DNA of 37,234 nucleotides from the NCBI RefSeq assembly GCF_001194135.2, contig NC_068985.1:94200044-94237277 (forward strand), in the 5' to 3' direction. The notes beneath the pieces were generated by a model. It was given only the letters and a program-made list of their open reading frames with translations. It ran no database searches and had not been told where the DNA came from. Source of the stretch: Octopus bimaculoides. Taxonomy: Eukaryota. This document shows positions 11,917 through 22,954 of the stretch, piece by piece (positions within the stretch are counted from its first letter, which is position 1; each line of letters begins with the position of its first letter). Made by a program: the position numbers and the translations under genes.

Positions 11917-11919
<3 letters not shown>

Positions 11920-12099
11920 ACTTGTACCAATAAGATATAACAGTTTTATCCACCTGAGGAGGAGGTCAGCGCACGTCCTCAATTTTCGATGGTACTGTTA
12001 TATATTATAATAAAGTTTACAAGTATGTAAGGATTGCAAATATATGCTATTTTTAAAGTTAGCCGTTAGCATTTTACTCCTTCCCTAGAAAGTTTCATA

Positions 12100-12290
12100 C
12101 AATTCCTTGCTCAGAAAAAGAAAATTATAAAGAAGTTGGAGATGAAACCAGTGCTAACAAAACACAATTGCCTTAAAAGCATAAACGTTCTCGTGGTCAG
12201 TTAGTTGCTGAAAATGAAAGTCGAATTCCCTGAAATTGCGCCACAACATTTTGAAGAGAATCAGTACCCATCTCTCTAGTAATTTCTTAT
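12100..12290 (+). mobile_element. Possible very old hAT-transposase C-terminal remnant
   Basis: Frames give EKENYKEVGDET and CLKS..LLKMKVEFPEIA, loosely like the hAT dimerisation region (..LKS..FWIKVKxEYPEIA). The following PFPxSYLCExGFS motif is not seen. Confidence 0.22.
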
Positions 12291-12550
12291 AATTCATCGC
12301 CTAGCATCAGAATAGTGGGATTCTGCATTGATCAGGAATAAATGAGGAATCAGCTTTATCCTTCATATTGGTATAACATCGACTTAAATATACAAAAGTG
12401 GATAATGCTGTTAGAATGATTTTCATAATGTGTCGGCTTTACATTCAGTGTCGTACAGGAGATAAACTAAAATTACATCTTTGTGCACTCCTAAACAATT
12501 TTCTATGCCGACAAATATTCTCGCTGAAATACAGATAATGAAAATGCACA

Positions 12551-12587
<37 letters not shown>

Positions 12588-12869
12588 NNNNNNNNNNNNN
12601 NNNNNNNNNNNNNNNNNNNNNNNNNNNNNNNNNNNNNNNNNNNNNNNNNNNNNNNNNNNNNNNNNNNNNNNNNNNNNNNNNNNNNNNNNNNNNNNNNNNN
12701 NNNNNNNNNNNNNNNNNNNNNNNNNNNNNNNNNNNNNNNNNNNNNNNNNNNNNNNNNNNNNNNNNNNNNNNNNNNNNNNNNNNNNNNNNNNNNNNNNNNN
12801 NNNNNNNNNNNNNNNNNNNNNNNNNNNNNNNNNNNNNNNNNNNNNNNNNNNNNNNNNNNNNNNNNNNNN
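12588..12869. other. Assembly gap (N) between (AT)n and (GT)n
   Basis: Run of N. Confidence 0.99.
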
Positions 12870-13929
12870 TGTGTGTGTGTGTGTGTGTGTGTGTGTGTTC
12901 AGATACCCACTATAACGCAGCATTGACATGATTATATCAGCGTGCTCATTTTAAACCGAGTACGCTTATATTTGCACATACAAAAACAACAGCGAGATCA
13001 TTCATAAAAAAATATATACACCTATGTATATATAGAAATGTATAACCAGGGATAAGGTTCTTTATTAACATCGTATAAATAAAAGTTGATTCAGATGCAA
13101 AAAAAAAAAAGAGTTACCACAGTAACGGCAGGTAATGACGCAAATATCTTTATCGCGTAGCAAAACAAAGTTTTAATAAAATTTGTTTAAAATCACATGT
13201 AACTGACGATATTAATAACCTGGCAAAATGTTTGATATTATCGATTTGGTAAGCATGCTAAGCAAATAACTGAAATCACACGACTAAATAATGATATTTG
13301 AATGCCTGGGAAGAAAAAATATTAAAGAAAATACCCAATATTACATAACTACCAAATGTTTATATAACTGGAAATATAACTATGGTAGTTACACGTGAAA
13401 ACATGGATTTCGTGTTACATAAGATAACTGCATGCTTGTTTCGCTTGCTTTAGCCACAAGAAATCTCATTAGAACATTTCTATTCCCAGCAATACTTTTC
13501 ATGCTCACACGCGTATAGAAGCCACTGCAAACACATACGCAAACACAAGCATAAATTGAATGGAATATTTCCTAAAATTATGACAGAATCATAGGAGCTT
13601 CACCATGACGTATTCTGTCCCCACTTTCCACTTGTGTTGCTTTGTTCACTGCCAAATCTCGATTATGCTTTATAATCGTTATTCTTGCATGTTGTACATC
13701 AACCTTTTCACATATTTGCACCTGCTTGTCCCTCTTTGCTATTATTTCTCGTATGTTCCCTGCAACGATACTGGATCTTGTCTTATGGCCACATAATCTC
13801 AGGATTTTCCTTCTCCAATTTGGAAGGGGGGATTATGGCGAAGGATAGAGGCTGGAATTTATTTATTTCTGAATTGATTCAATTAGTGAAGATTTTGTGT
13901 TGAGGCTCAACAGCATACTGGATGGTCTA

Positions 13930-13956
13930 ATATGTATATATATTATATGTATATAC

Positions 13957-13999
<43 letters not shown>

Positions 14000-14100
14000 G
14001 TATATATACATATATTGACACAGAGAGAGAGAGAGAGAGAGAGAGGGAGACATCACATATATACACGCCCATATATGTGTGTATGTATGTGTGTAGACTT
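13930..14100. repeat. (TA)n/(AG)n/(TG)n microsatellite cluster
   Basis: Read directly. Confidence 0.93.
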
Positions 14101-14444
14101 ATGTATACGCAGAAAAGTAAACACAGTAAGTATAGAAACAGCAGGTACTTTTGCAAATATGATGTTAAGCAACAAAGGTTCGGCTACTCTACATTGACAA
14201 GGAGCAAATACCGCGAAACTAGTCTGCAGATACCAGACCGGCAAGGGGAAGCTGCTGACCTCCCCTGTTCGAAGGTTACAATGGACACAGGTTCGTGTGT
14301 CACATAGCTAGCTAGAGACGAAGGCCTCTTGGTGCTAATCAACGGCAGCGTTCGTCATATTTTCCTGGACTGCCATGCTAGCTTGACGATAGCTATTAAT
14401 ATCCAGTACCGCTGCCGTAGTCGCCTTAAGAGTGATTTAGAAAT

Positions 14445-14532
14445 CTCTCTCTCTCTATTCACACACACACACACACACATACACACACACACACACATAC
14501 ACACACACACACACACACACATACATATATAT
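14445..14532. repeat. (CT)n/(CA)n microsatellite
   Basis: Read directly. Confidence 0.95.
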
Positions 14533-14659
14533 GTAAAATCTGCCGAATAAAAAACGTTTAAATGCACAATTCATTCAGAGCCATTTATTATGTTTGTACT
14601 TCCAAACCTATTCTCATTCAAATACACAATTTGATGTGTTTGCATACAATCTCACACAC

Positions 14660-15533
14660 ATATATCCCGGAACCGTTCCTGTGGGACAAACTCTTTGGGA
14701 CAAACGCTTTGAGATATACTCTTTGGGGTTCAGGCTTTCGCCACAAGAAGCTACTTGATGCAACCCTAAGGCCTAAGTATGTCGACGGAAAATGTCGTGT
14801 GACCTAGTGCGTCTTTTTTTTTTTTTTTTACAGTACTTCTCCTCTGTTCATCGATTTTTGCGATGGCTGAAACGAGGGAACAGTGTATTCCTGTGAAATT
14901 CTGTTTTATGCTGACGAAAACGGCAGCCGAAACAGTTGTCATCCCTGAAACAGCTTACAATGGCATTGCCATGAGCAAAAACGCAATTCACGAGGGATTT
15001 CCACGCTTTAGGAAAAGTCACTTGTCGCTTGAAGACCAACCTCGTTCAGGGCGTCTATCGACCTCCTTAACGAATGAAAGAATCATTGAACAATTGATGA
15101 ACTTGTCGATAAGGTTCGTGTGTCTTGGAGCTCCTGCCAACGGGTTTTGAGTGAGGAATTGCGAAGGAAAAGATTTGCAGCAAATTCTGTGCCTCTCTTG
15201 ATCACGAAAGATCAAAAACAGTTACGACTGATTTTGTGCCGTGAACAGAAATAACAATCGGGAATTGATCGGGGCATTTTTTCCATGGTCATCACTGGTG
15301 ACGAAAGCTGGTGCTACGGAATTTGCAGATGTGGAATCAGTGAAGGAAAAATCGACGGAGGTTTTAAAAAGCATCACTTCGCAAGAGAACTGCTTCGAAC
15401 AGTGAAAAACGCGTCTGAACAGATGCATTGCTTCAAACAGCAAATTTTGAAGGTGATAAAAGTGTAAACATGTAAATCTATGTGAATAAAACAATATTGT
15501 AATCTTCCAGTTTCGTTTGTGTGTATCCTCGTA
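14660..15533 (+). mobile_element. Internally deleted, degenerate mariner (Tc1/mariner) DNA transposon
   Basis: ATG at 14863: MAETREQCIPVKFCF..LEDQPRSGR (HTH region), then SWSSCQRVLSEELR..AANSVPLL and VITGDESWCYG (first catalytic D at 15300). This is fused directly to the C-terminal FADVESVKEKSTEVLKSI..CFEQ*KTRLNRCIASN..EGDKSV*. A right end ..gtatcctcgTA is at 15533. The left boundary is uncertain. Confidence 0.88.
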
Positions 15534-16380
15534 CTTATACCTATATGAATACACGATGAACATTTTAATGTCTTAATCACCCAGTTAGAAAACAAGCTAC
15601 ATCAAATATCTTTTTAGATCATCACATTGCTGTTATTGCTTGAAATATTTGTGGTGATGAAAAAGTGACAGAATTTTTAAACGTATGATTCGTGCTTATC
15701 ATATCTTACTTCATTACCGTAACTTAGAAATCGATATGTTCACACATTCGTAATGATAGCAAACATCATTTTATTTTTACAATTCGTTGTTGGTATTTTG
15801 TTTCTTTCCAGTAATCCGTAAAGTCATCACAAGCCATGATCATTATCAAGATCCAAAAACACTCCGTTGCTGTAATAATATCCAACACACATGTTGGAAA
15901 ACATTTACATAAAAATAAGTATTCTAGGTAGTCAGTCCACATGTTAGAAATAGCTGGTAAACTTCCTCGAATCATATATTGATCTAAATATATGTTTATA
16001 GCGTAGATAAAGTTTAATAAATAAATAAAGAACGGATGCTGATGACATCTACAACGCTTTGATATTAGATTTTTCTCAATAATCAGTATCAAAATGGAGC
16101 TTATCAGCAATTTGTGTGACTCACAAAACAAATTCTATGTGAACAAATATTCCTGATCATACACTGATAATATAAAGAAAAAATCAATGCAATGTATAAA
16201 TTGGAAATCAAAGCTATGGCGCACCTATCTAGTCAAATATTAAGATATATACGCCTACCTAAAAAGGTTAATACATCAAACGTGAGCTTTAAAGAATAGA
16301 AAAATATAAATAGATAAAACAAGGAAATATATCCAATCCGCAATATACCACATACGGGGAGAGACATCGTGAGAGATCGA

Positions 16381-16440
16381 GAGAGTAGGGAGAGGGTGAG
16401 AGAGGGAGAGGGCGAGGGCGAGGGTGAGAGAGGGAGAGGA
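16381..16440 (+). repeat. G-rich (GAGAGG/GCGAGG)-type degenerate microsatellite
   Basis: Seven GGG tracts between 16388 and 16434. Confidence 0.85.
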
Positions 16441-16622
16441 GAGTTTCGATGATCAACATACGGGAACGGAGTTCATTTACAGTAAATATATGAACAAAAC
16501 AAATAATATAAAATAAATCCATTAAAAGTAATGCAAAACTATAATCACAAATTTATATCTATGTCTCTACAGACATCTACATACATACATTCATACACAT
16601 ACAGACATGCATAAACACACAC

Positions 16623-16626
<4 letters not shown>

Positions 16627-16684
<58 letters not shown>

Positions 16685-16690
16685 GAAGAG
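16627..16690. repeat. (AG)n microsatellite
   Basis: Read directly. Confidence 0.97.
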
Positions 16691-17470
16691 AGTGATTCAC
16701 TTGTTTTATAAACACGAAGAATATTGAAACATACGCAGTACACAACGAACAAATAAATAAGAGAAACAGCAGCTAATGAAGCAAACTTGTTTATCATTAA
16801 ATAGAATGAGATTTTCGTTGAATTTGGACAGATATTGCACATGAGTGACAGCGTTAATAACCTGAAAGTGTTGGAGTTGCCAGAGCCGTTAATGCATTGA
16901 AATGTAGAGTGGTATATCTCCAATTCTCTTTCTGTCTTCATACAAATCATGCCGATGTGAATTTGCTCTTATTATTTTTAGATCTATAAACAGGTAACAA
17001 CCTAAGGCATTATTTATTAAGGACTTTATCTTCTCAGTTCAGATCGCGCAATAAGAAGCACACTTAATCCCGGTTGAACCTTATTAATATATAACCTATG
17101 TGTTTCTAACGGAGCCCTCTTTGTTCAAAGCTTTGTACCCAGATTTGCGGGCTGACAATATCTTTTTACACCTTTCCTGGCACATTCGATGGGAAAGTGC
17201 GACTTGTATGCCGCAGAATATGACAATTTTGCGACTGTTATCTGGCAAAATACTAGACGATATATCTATATAATACCTGTTGAAACAGGACTAACTTATA
17301 CGAACAACCGACATACAGCAACGGAGTTTATACCTTCTTAATTTACCTACATACTGTTTCTCGCACATGTAAAACTTATTTGTATCATTACATCTAAAGT
17401 CACATTTTATATTAGATGCTTCGAATGTATGAAATCCACAAGATGGGCGAGTCAACTTAGAACATATATT

Positions 17471-17622
17471 GCATTTTTCTGAAGTGGGTAGCAGAAAATG
17501 TCACATGACTTCAATAATACAAATGGATGAGCTTCTTTCAAATTGTCTTGCGCCCACCGCGGGGATTCTGAGAGGCACTAAGTTTCGCTAACATTTCCCT
17601 TACAGAAATTGAAATTGCAGAA
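17471..17622 (+). repeat. Left arm of a diverged inverted-repeat pair (partner 18638-18800)
   Basis: Hand alignment to the reverse complement of 18638-18800 shows shared blocks tttttctgaag, gtcacatRacttYaataat, aagtttcgctaaca and tttcccttaYagaaattgaaattgcagaa. Confidence 0.85.
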
Positions 17623-17856
17623 GTATGTATGACAACTTTGTATTGTCTCCAGATGTAGTGTTGCATGCTTACCTTTCCATGTATGCTGCGAAAACAATGG
17701 AATTCGACATTTCATGGCGTGTAGCTATCTTAGCAGACTCCTGAACACTCAAATGACAGGCCATGGGGGAAATAAGAAATAAGACAATAAGTAATCCCCC
17801 ATTAGGGTTGTCTGGTTAAAAATATTTTTGTCATGACTTTAATGATACTAAATATT

Positions 17857-18008
17857 CTTTTCTATTCTAGGGACAATGCCTTACCTCGAAAGGCTGAAAG
17901 ATAAAGTCGACCTCAGCGGAATTTGAACTCAGAACGTAAAGACAAACGAAATTCTGTTAAGCATTCCGCCCGGCGTGCTAACGTTTCTGCAAGCACGCCG
18001 CCTTAGTA
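17857..18008 (-). mobile_element. tRNA-derived SINE family B with 12-bp target-site duplication
   Basis: B-box GTTCAAATTCC on the minus strand (17918-17928) and an A-box-like head. The direct repeat ATACTAAATATT lies at 17845-17856 and 18009-18020. There is an internal deletion near the 3' end. Confidence 0.88.
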
Positions 18009-18637
18009 ATACTAAATATTTTATAGGTAATTTCTAATGCCTAATCACTTTCCATCCACCCAGTATTACAAAATAAAATAATCCGTGCTTTGAAACAAAT
18101 CTAGATACAAACAAATTACTTCATTTGTACAGGAAAATAAAAGAAAGAAAGAGATAACTGATTGTCTGCAAATTTTCAAAATTAACAGTTTTCAAATCAT
18201 CAACGTCATTACTAATGATTCGAAATCATTCTAAGAATCCATTTTAAATAAATGAGAAAAAAACAACTTAACTAATTCAAAACTCTATGCACCTGCAACT
18301 TTACTAGCAACTTACGTCTACCTGACATCTAATTATTAAGAAACAGTAAGATACAATACATAATTGTTATATGGCTTTCCAGTTATTTCCACATTTACTT
18401 AAAATAGATTCTAAGAAATATTTCGAATCAGCAGCAATGATACACATGATATGAAAACTGCTGTCTTTGAAAATGTTCATACAGTCATTTTTTCCCCTTG
18501 TAATTTGTTTGCTTCAGGATTTCAGGCAAAGTAGAGATTTTTCTTATATTTTTGTTATATATTATTCTGTAGAGAAGAGTACACAGGTTTTTACAGACTC
18601 TTTCAGACGTGTAATACATTTCAGGTAGAATGTGAAG

Positions 18638-18800
18638 TTCTGCAATTTCAATTTCTATAAGGGAAATGTAGAGAATTGTTAGCGAAACTTCGTTCCTTTC
18701 AGAAACCACGTGTCGTGGGTAGAGCACTTTCTAAAAACCTCATTAATTACCATTATTAAAGTTATGTGACGATTTCTGTCCTTACCTTCAGAAAAAAACG
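18638..18800 (-). repeat. Right arm of the inverted-repeat pair (partner 17471-17622), abutting (TA)n
   Basis: See left arm; the outer end is followed by a (TA)n run at 18802-18830. Confidence 0.85.
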
Positions 18801-18834
<34 letters not shown>

Positions 18835-18945
18835 CCATGCAAAAACACACAGGCACTGGCTGGCACACACAAACACACACGCCCATTTTTGTAGATTCAT
18901 GTTTATATAAATAGTATAGCCCTTAAAACGTAAAGGCTATCTCAG

Positions 18946-19100
18946 GCGCAGGTGTGCATGTGTGGTAAATAGCTTGCTTACCAGCCACATGGTTTCACTG
19001 CGTGGCATTTGGGGCAAGTGTCTTCTACTATAAGCCTTGTGAGTGGATTTGGTAGACGGAAACTGAAAGAAGCCTGTCAGATATGTATATATATGTATTA
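18946..19100 (+). mobile_element. tRNA-derived SINE family A (5' part), B-box region deleted, flanked by a 31-bp duplication
   Basis: ggcgcaggtgtg..tgtggtaa..agcttgcttacc..cacatggtt..ggcaagtgtcttctactata..gtgagtggatttggtagacggaaactgaaagaagcc is collinear with the copies at 22806 and 31775. Confidence 0.85.
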
Positions 19101-19901
19101 TAGTCCTTCATGCTTGTATATATATATTATAGTCCTTAAAATGTAAAGACCATCTCAGCCATTCTCGTCCTTAAAATACAATCACCATTGTAGTATTAAG
19201 GCATAATATAGTTGGCAAATATTAGATCTCCCAAGCACTACACATACGATCACAGTTACATGCATACATATATTCATCGGACACATACACACTTATGTGC
19301 GTGTGAGTGAACATGTTAATGCATGTCTCAGTGTGCGTGTACCGTACATGACAAGGGAAGTATTGTGAAATGATTTGTACATAACATTTAATCACGTGTT
19401 TGAATGACTAATGTTTAATTATGTACAATACCTGCAGGCAGATTTCTGTGAGTACTTCAATTCAACAAAACCATTTTAAACAGCCCAAACCAATGCATAA
19501 TGTTAGACATTTATAGTAGGTGAGAAGATGCTGGCAGAACGTTTGAACGAAAGGAAGTATTAAGCATTATATGGCATAAAGGCCGAGTTTGCAATGACAA
19601 AACCGTATTTTAATGGGCTGATTGTTCAAATGAAATATACTGTCTCATGTATGTAAAGGCGGTGCAACTAACAGTGAATGAGCATTAGGCCATTATAGAT
19701 GTAGTATCTATAATTGTTATGTATAGCATAATAGTGAGGATATAAAATACACAAATAAGTATGAACAAGGATAATGTTATTGCTTTTCACAAAAATGACA
19801 CATACACGTACACACATATACATACATTCACACTTATACATGCGGATTCTTGTATACATACACGAATACATAATACATACGTACATACATATATACATAT
19901 G

Positions 19902-19957
<56 letters not shown>

Positions 19958-20269
19958 NNNNNNNNNNNNNNNNNNNNNNNNNNNNNNNNNNNNNNNNNNN
20001 NNNNNNNNNNNNNNNNNNNNNNNNNNNNNNNNNNNNNNNNNNNNNNNNNNNNNNNNNNNNNNNNNNNNNNNNNNNNNNNNNNNNNNNNNNNNNNNNNNNN
20101 NNNNNNNNNNNNNNNNNNNNNNNNNNNNNNNNNNNNNNNNNNNNNNNNNNNNNNNNNNNNNNNNNNNNNNNNNNNNNNNNNNNNNNNNNNNNNNNNNNNN
20201 NNNNNNNNNNNNNNNNNNNNNNNNNNNNNNNNNNNNNNNNNNNNNNNNNNNNNNNNNNNNNNNNNNNNN
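19958..20269. other. Assembly gap (N) within (AT)n/(ATGT)n
   Basis: Run of N. Confidence 0.99.
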
Positions 20270-21142
20270 ATATATATATGTATGTATGTATGTATGTATT
20301 ATGTATGTATGTATGTATGTATGTATGTATGTATGTATGTGTGTATAAACACGGAGTTATAAACATACGCATTTAGTCATCATTTATGAAATTATTACAG
20401 CGAAATAATCACATTCTCTGATATGGTTATAAGATAAAATTAAATAAGTGTTTTATGCTGAATAAACTGTTATATTCTATATATTTGACTATAATTTAAC
20501 TTTCAGTTATTAATAGTTTCAAGAATAATATTAAAATTGTTTCGGAATGTTCAAATATGTTAAAACAATTATAAAGTAGATTATATACTAATTACTAAAA
20601 AAAAAAAAGATATACGTATGTAATGTTAAATGTAATAGTTGAGATATTAAAGCAAATTTTGCTGTGAATATTTTTGTGGTATGTTATTAAATAATTAATA
20701 ATTGCATGTTTTGAAGATTTCATGTTAGCATTTATTAGTATTTCCTTTGCTTAAGAGAAAATATCTCTTGCTTGTATCATCTGAATATGTCTATATGTGC
20801 ATTGAATACGTTTCCTCTGCCAACCTCAATCAAAAACTACAATATTTGTGTTAATCTGTTAGAGATGAAGCGTAGTTTCGCATTTTACCTTAAAGTTTCC
20901 ACTGACAATGTCGAATACGTAACGTACAATTACCTAACGAATGATTATGTACTAGAAATCTATTTTGGAAGATATTAGAAATGCATTGTTATAATATTTA
21001 ATACCGTTAAGCGAACGGACATTATGTCCATATTCTTACAATTCAGTTCCTATTAAGGGATCATACAGTACGTACTCTAGAGTTATATATGCGTGACCCA
21101 ATGCTTGAGAATTATTTACTATGGTGTCATTAGTTAGTCGTT

Positions 21143-21276
21143 TACTCATTTTATACTGAGCGACAGGAGCCCTGGAAATTGAACTGTTTTGTCATACAAC
21201 ACAATTGAAAACTACTCTGAGGAATCGAAATCATGTCATTACAGTTGTAAATCTTACGCTATAACTACATGGTCAC
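21143..21276 (-). mobile_element. Old tRNA-derived SINE (third family)
   Basis: Minus strand: gtgaccatgtagttatagcg (A-box-like) .. tttcgattcct (B-box-like) .. ttgtgttgtatgacaaaacagttc .. ctcagtataaaatgagta. Confidence 0.5.
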
Positions 21277-22191
21277 TTGCATACATGTTTACAGAAACAC
21301 ACAAACGCCTATAGTGTTTACAAGGATCATTTTACCAACCAATGTAGATCCTTTAAGGTTAATTATTAACTAAATTCAATAATCAATTAATCAATTATCG
21401 ATTTATTCGTCAGAATATTTTTGCTACTTTACTGTGATCTCTCCAGAGATCTAAGTTCATTGCATCTAGATTCTGTTATGTAATCAAGCATTATCTAAAT
21501 GTTGTCAAACCAATATTTTTGCGCGGATGCATATGTTCGTGCTTGTGTATATATATGTGAGTGCATGTGTGTGTGTCTTTACGTATGTACTTTAATTGCG
21601 TTTTTTGGTATGAGCGTCTCTGGGCCATTATGAAGCTGTTTTCCCCATCTTCTATGTTTTAATTAATCATTTCTTAATCTTCTACATTCAGGTCTGTTAA
21701 TTCAAAATTAACGAGTTTATGTGTATGTGAAAATCTCTTTGTGAGTCCGTGTTTTTGTAGTTGACATAGAATTAAATGATACTTTATCCTCGTTATTCTA
21801 CTACAAACACAAACTTAAACTTGCAAATAAAAAATATGAACATACACAATGTCAACAAATCATGATAAATTAATAAGATGTTTCGTACAATATGGATGAT
21901 GCATGATAACATAACAACACAAGAAGAAAAAGTTCATTGAACATCGATGGATGAGGCCACGGTAGTGTGACGAAGTAATTTTATGGAAACTCAATAATAC
22001 ATTCATTGATTGATTTGCTATCAATACAACTGAAATAAAATACAAATAATGTATGCGGTTATTAGTAAACTGTGACACCTAAAGTACACAATTATCGACT
22101 TCAACGTACGGTTCCACGTCAAACGTTTTTAAACCACATTCAAGAAACAAGCGATAGGCAGAAAGAAACACACACTCGCGCGCTCATACAC

Positions 22192-22232
<41 letters not shown>

Positions 22233-22481
22233 GGTGAATATGATACTTAAGTTTAGGCGCAAGAATTAAGTATGGTATTATCCATACAGTTCCCAAATAA
22301 GGTGATAAAAATCAAAATAAGCAAGATGGATATCCAAAATTAATGCAATACGATCGTTTGATGTAATGTTCACATTGCTTAAATAAATAGAGTCGCATGA
22401 AACGATTGTACTGCATTAACTTTGAATATTCTTGTTGCTTATTTTGATTATCTATAAATATGTATATATATATATATATAT

Positions 22482-22567
22482 NNNNNNNNNNNNNNNNNNN
22501 NNNNNNNNNNNNNNNNNNNNNNNNNNNNNNNNNNNNNNNNNNNNNNNNNNNNNNNNNNNNNNNNNNN
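22482..22567. other. Assembly gap (N) between (AT)n and (GT)n
   Basis: Run of N. Confidence 0.99.
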
Positions 22568-22805
22568 TGTGTGTGTGTGTGTGTATGTGTGTATGTGTGT
22601 GTCTGTGTGTGTGTCTGTGTGTGTGTGTGTGTGTCTGTGTGTGTGTGTGTGTGTGTGTTCATGAAGATGAATATATATAATGGAGATATACAAAATATAT
22701 AAGTGGATGATGATTCTTACCACATCTCATCACGACTTCGTCCCCACAAAATTCCGTAATCTTAGCATATTTCACTTTTCACCAGCTACATTTTTAAAAT
22801 CTCGA

Positions 22806-22954
22806 AGCGTATGGTAAGAAGTTCGCTTCCCAACCACATGGTTCCGTGTGGCACATTACCCAAGTGTTTTCTACTCTAGCCTCGAGTCTACCAAATGTAT
22901 TTCGCAGACTGCCCCAGCTTGGCCACAGTCTAGCGACTGAAATAATTAAGAGAT
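22806..22954 (+). mobile_element. SINE family A copy with two internal deletions (B box and central body)
   Basis: Head atggtaagaagttcgcttcccaaccacatggttcc is joined to a 3' end ctgccccagcttggccacagtc..gactgaaa..taagagata, which matches 32100-32150. Confidence 0.75.

Noticed and set aside
15814-15850. VITSHDHY resembling the metallo-beta-lactamase ISHxHxDH motif
   Set aside because: The essential DH is absent and a stop follows after ~20 codons.
16830-16900. MSDSVNNLKVLELPEPLMH* resembling a SOCS-box end
   Set aside because: Only 3-4 residues match and the conserved SOCS N-terminal motif is absent.
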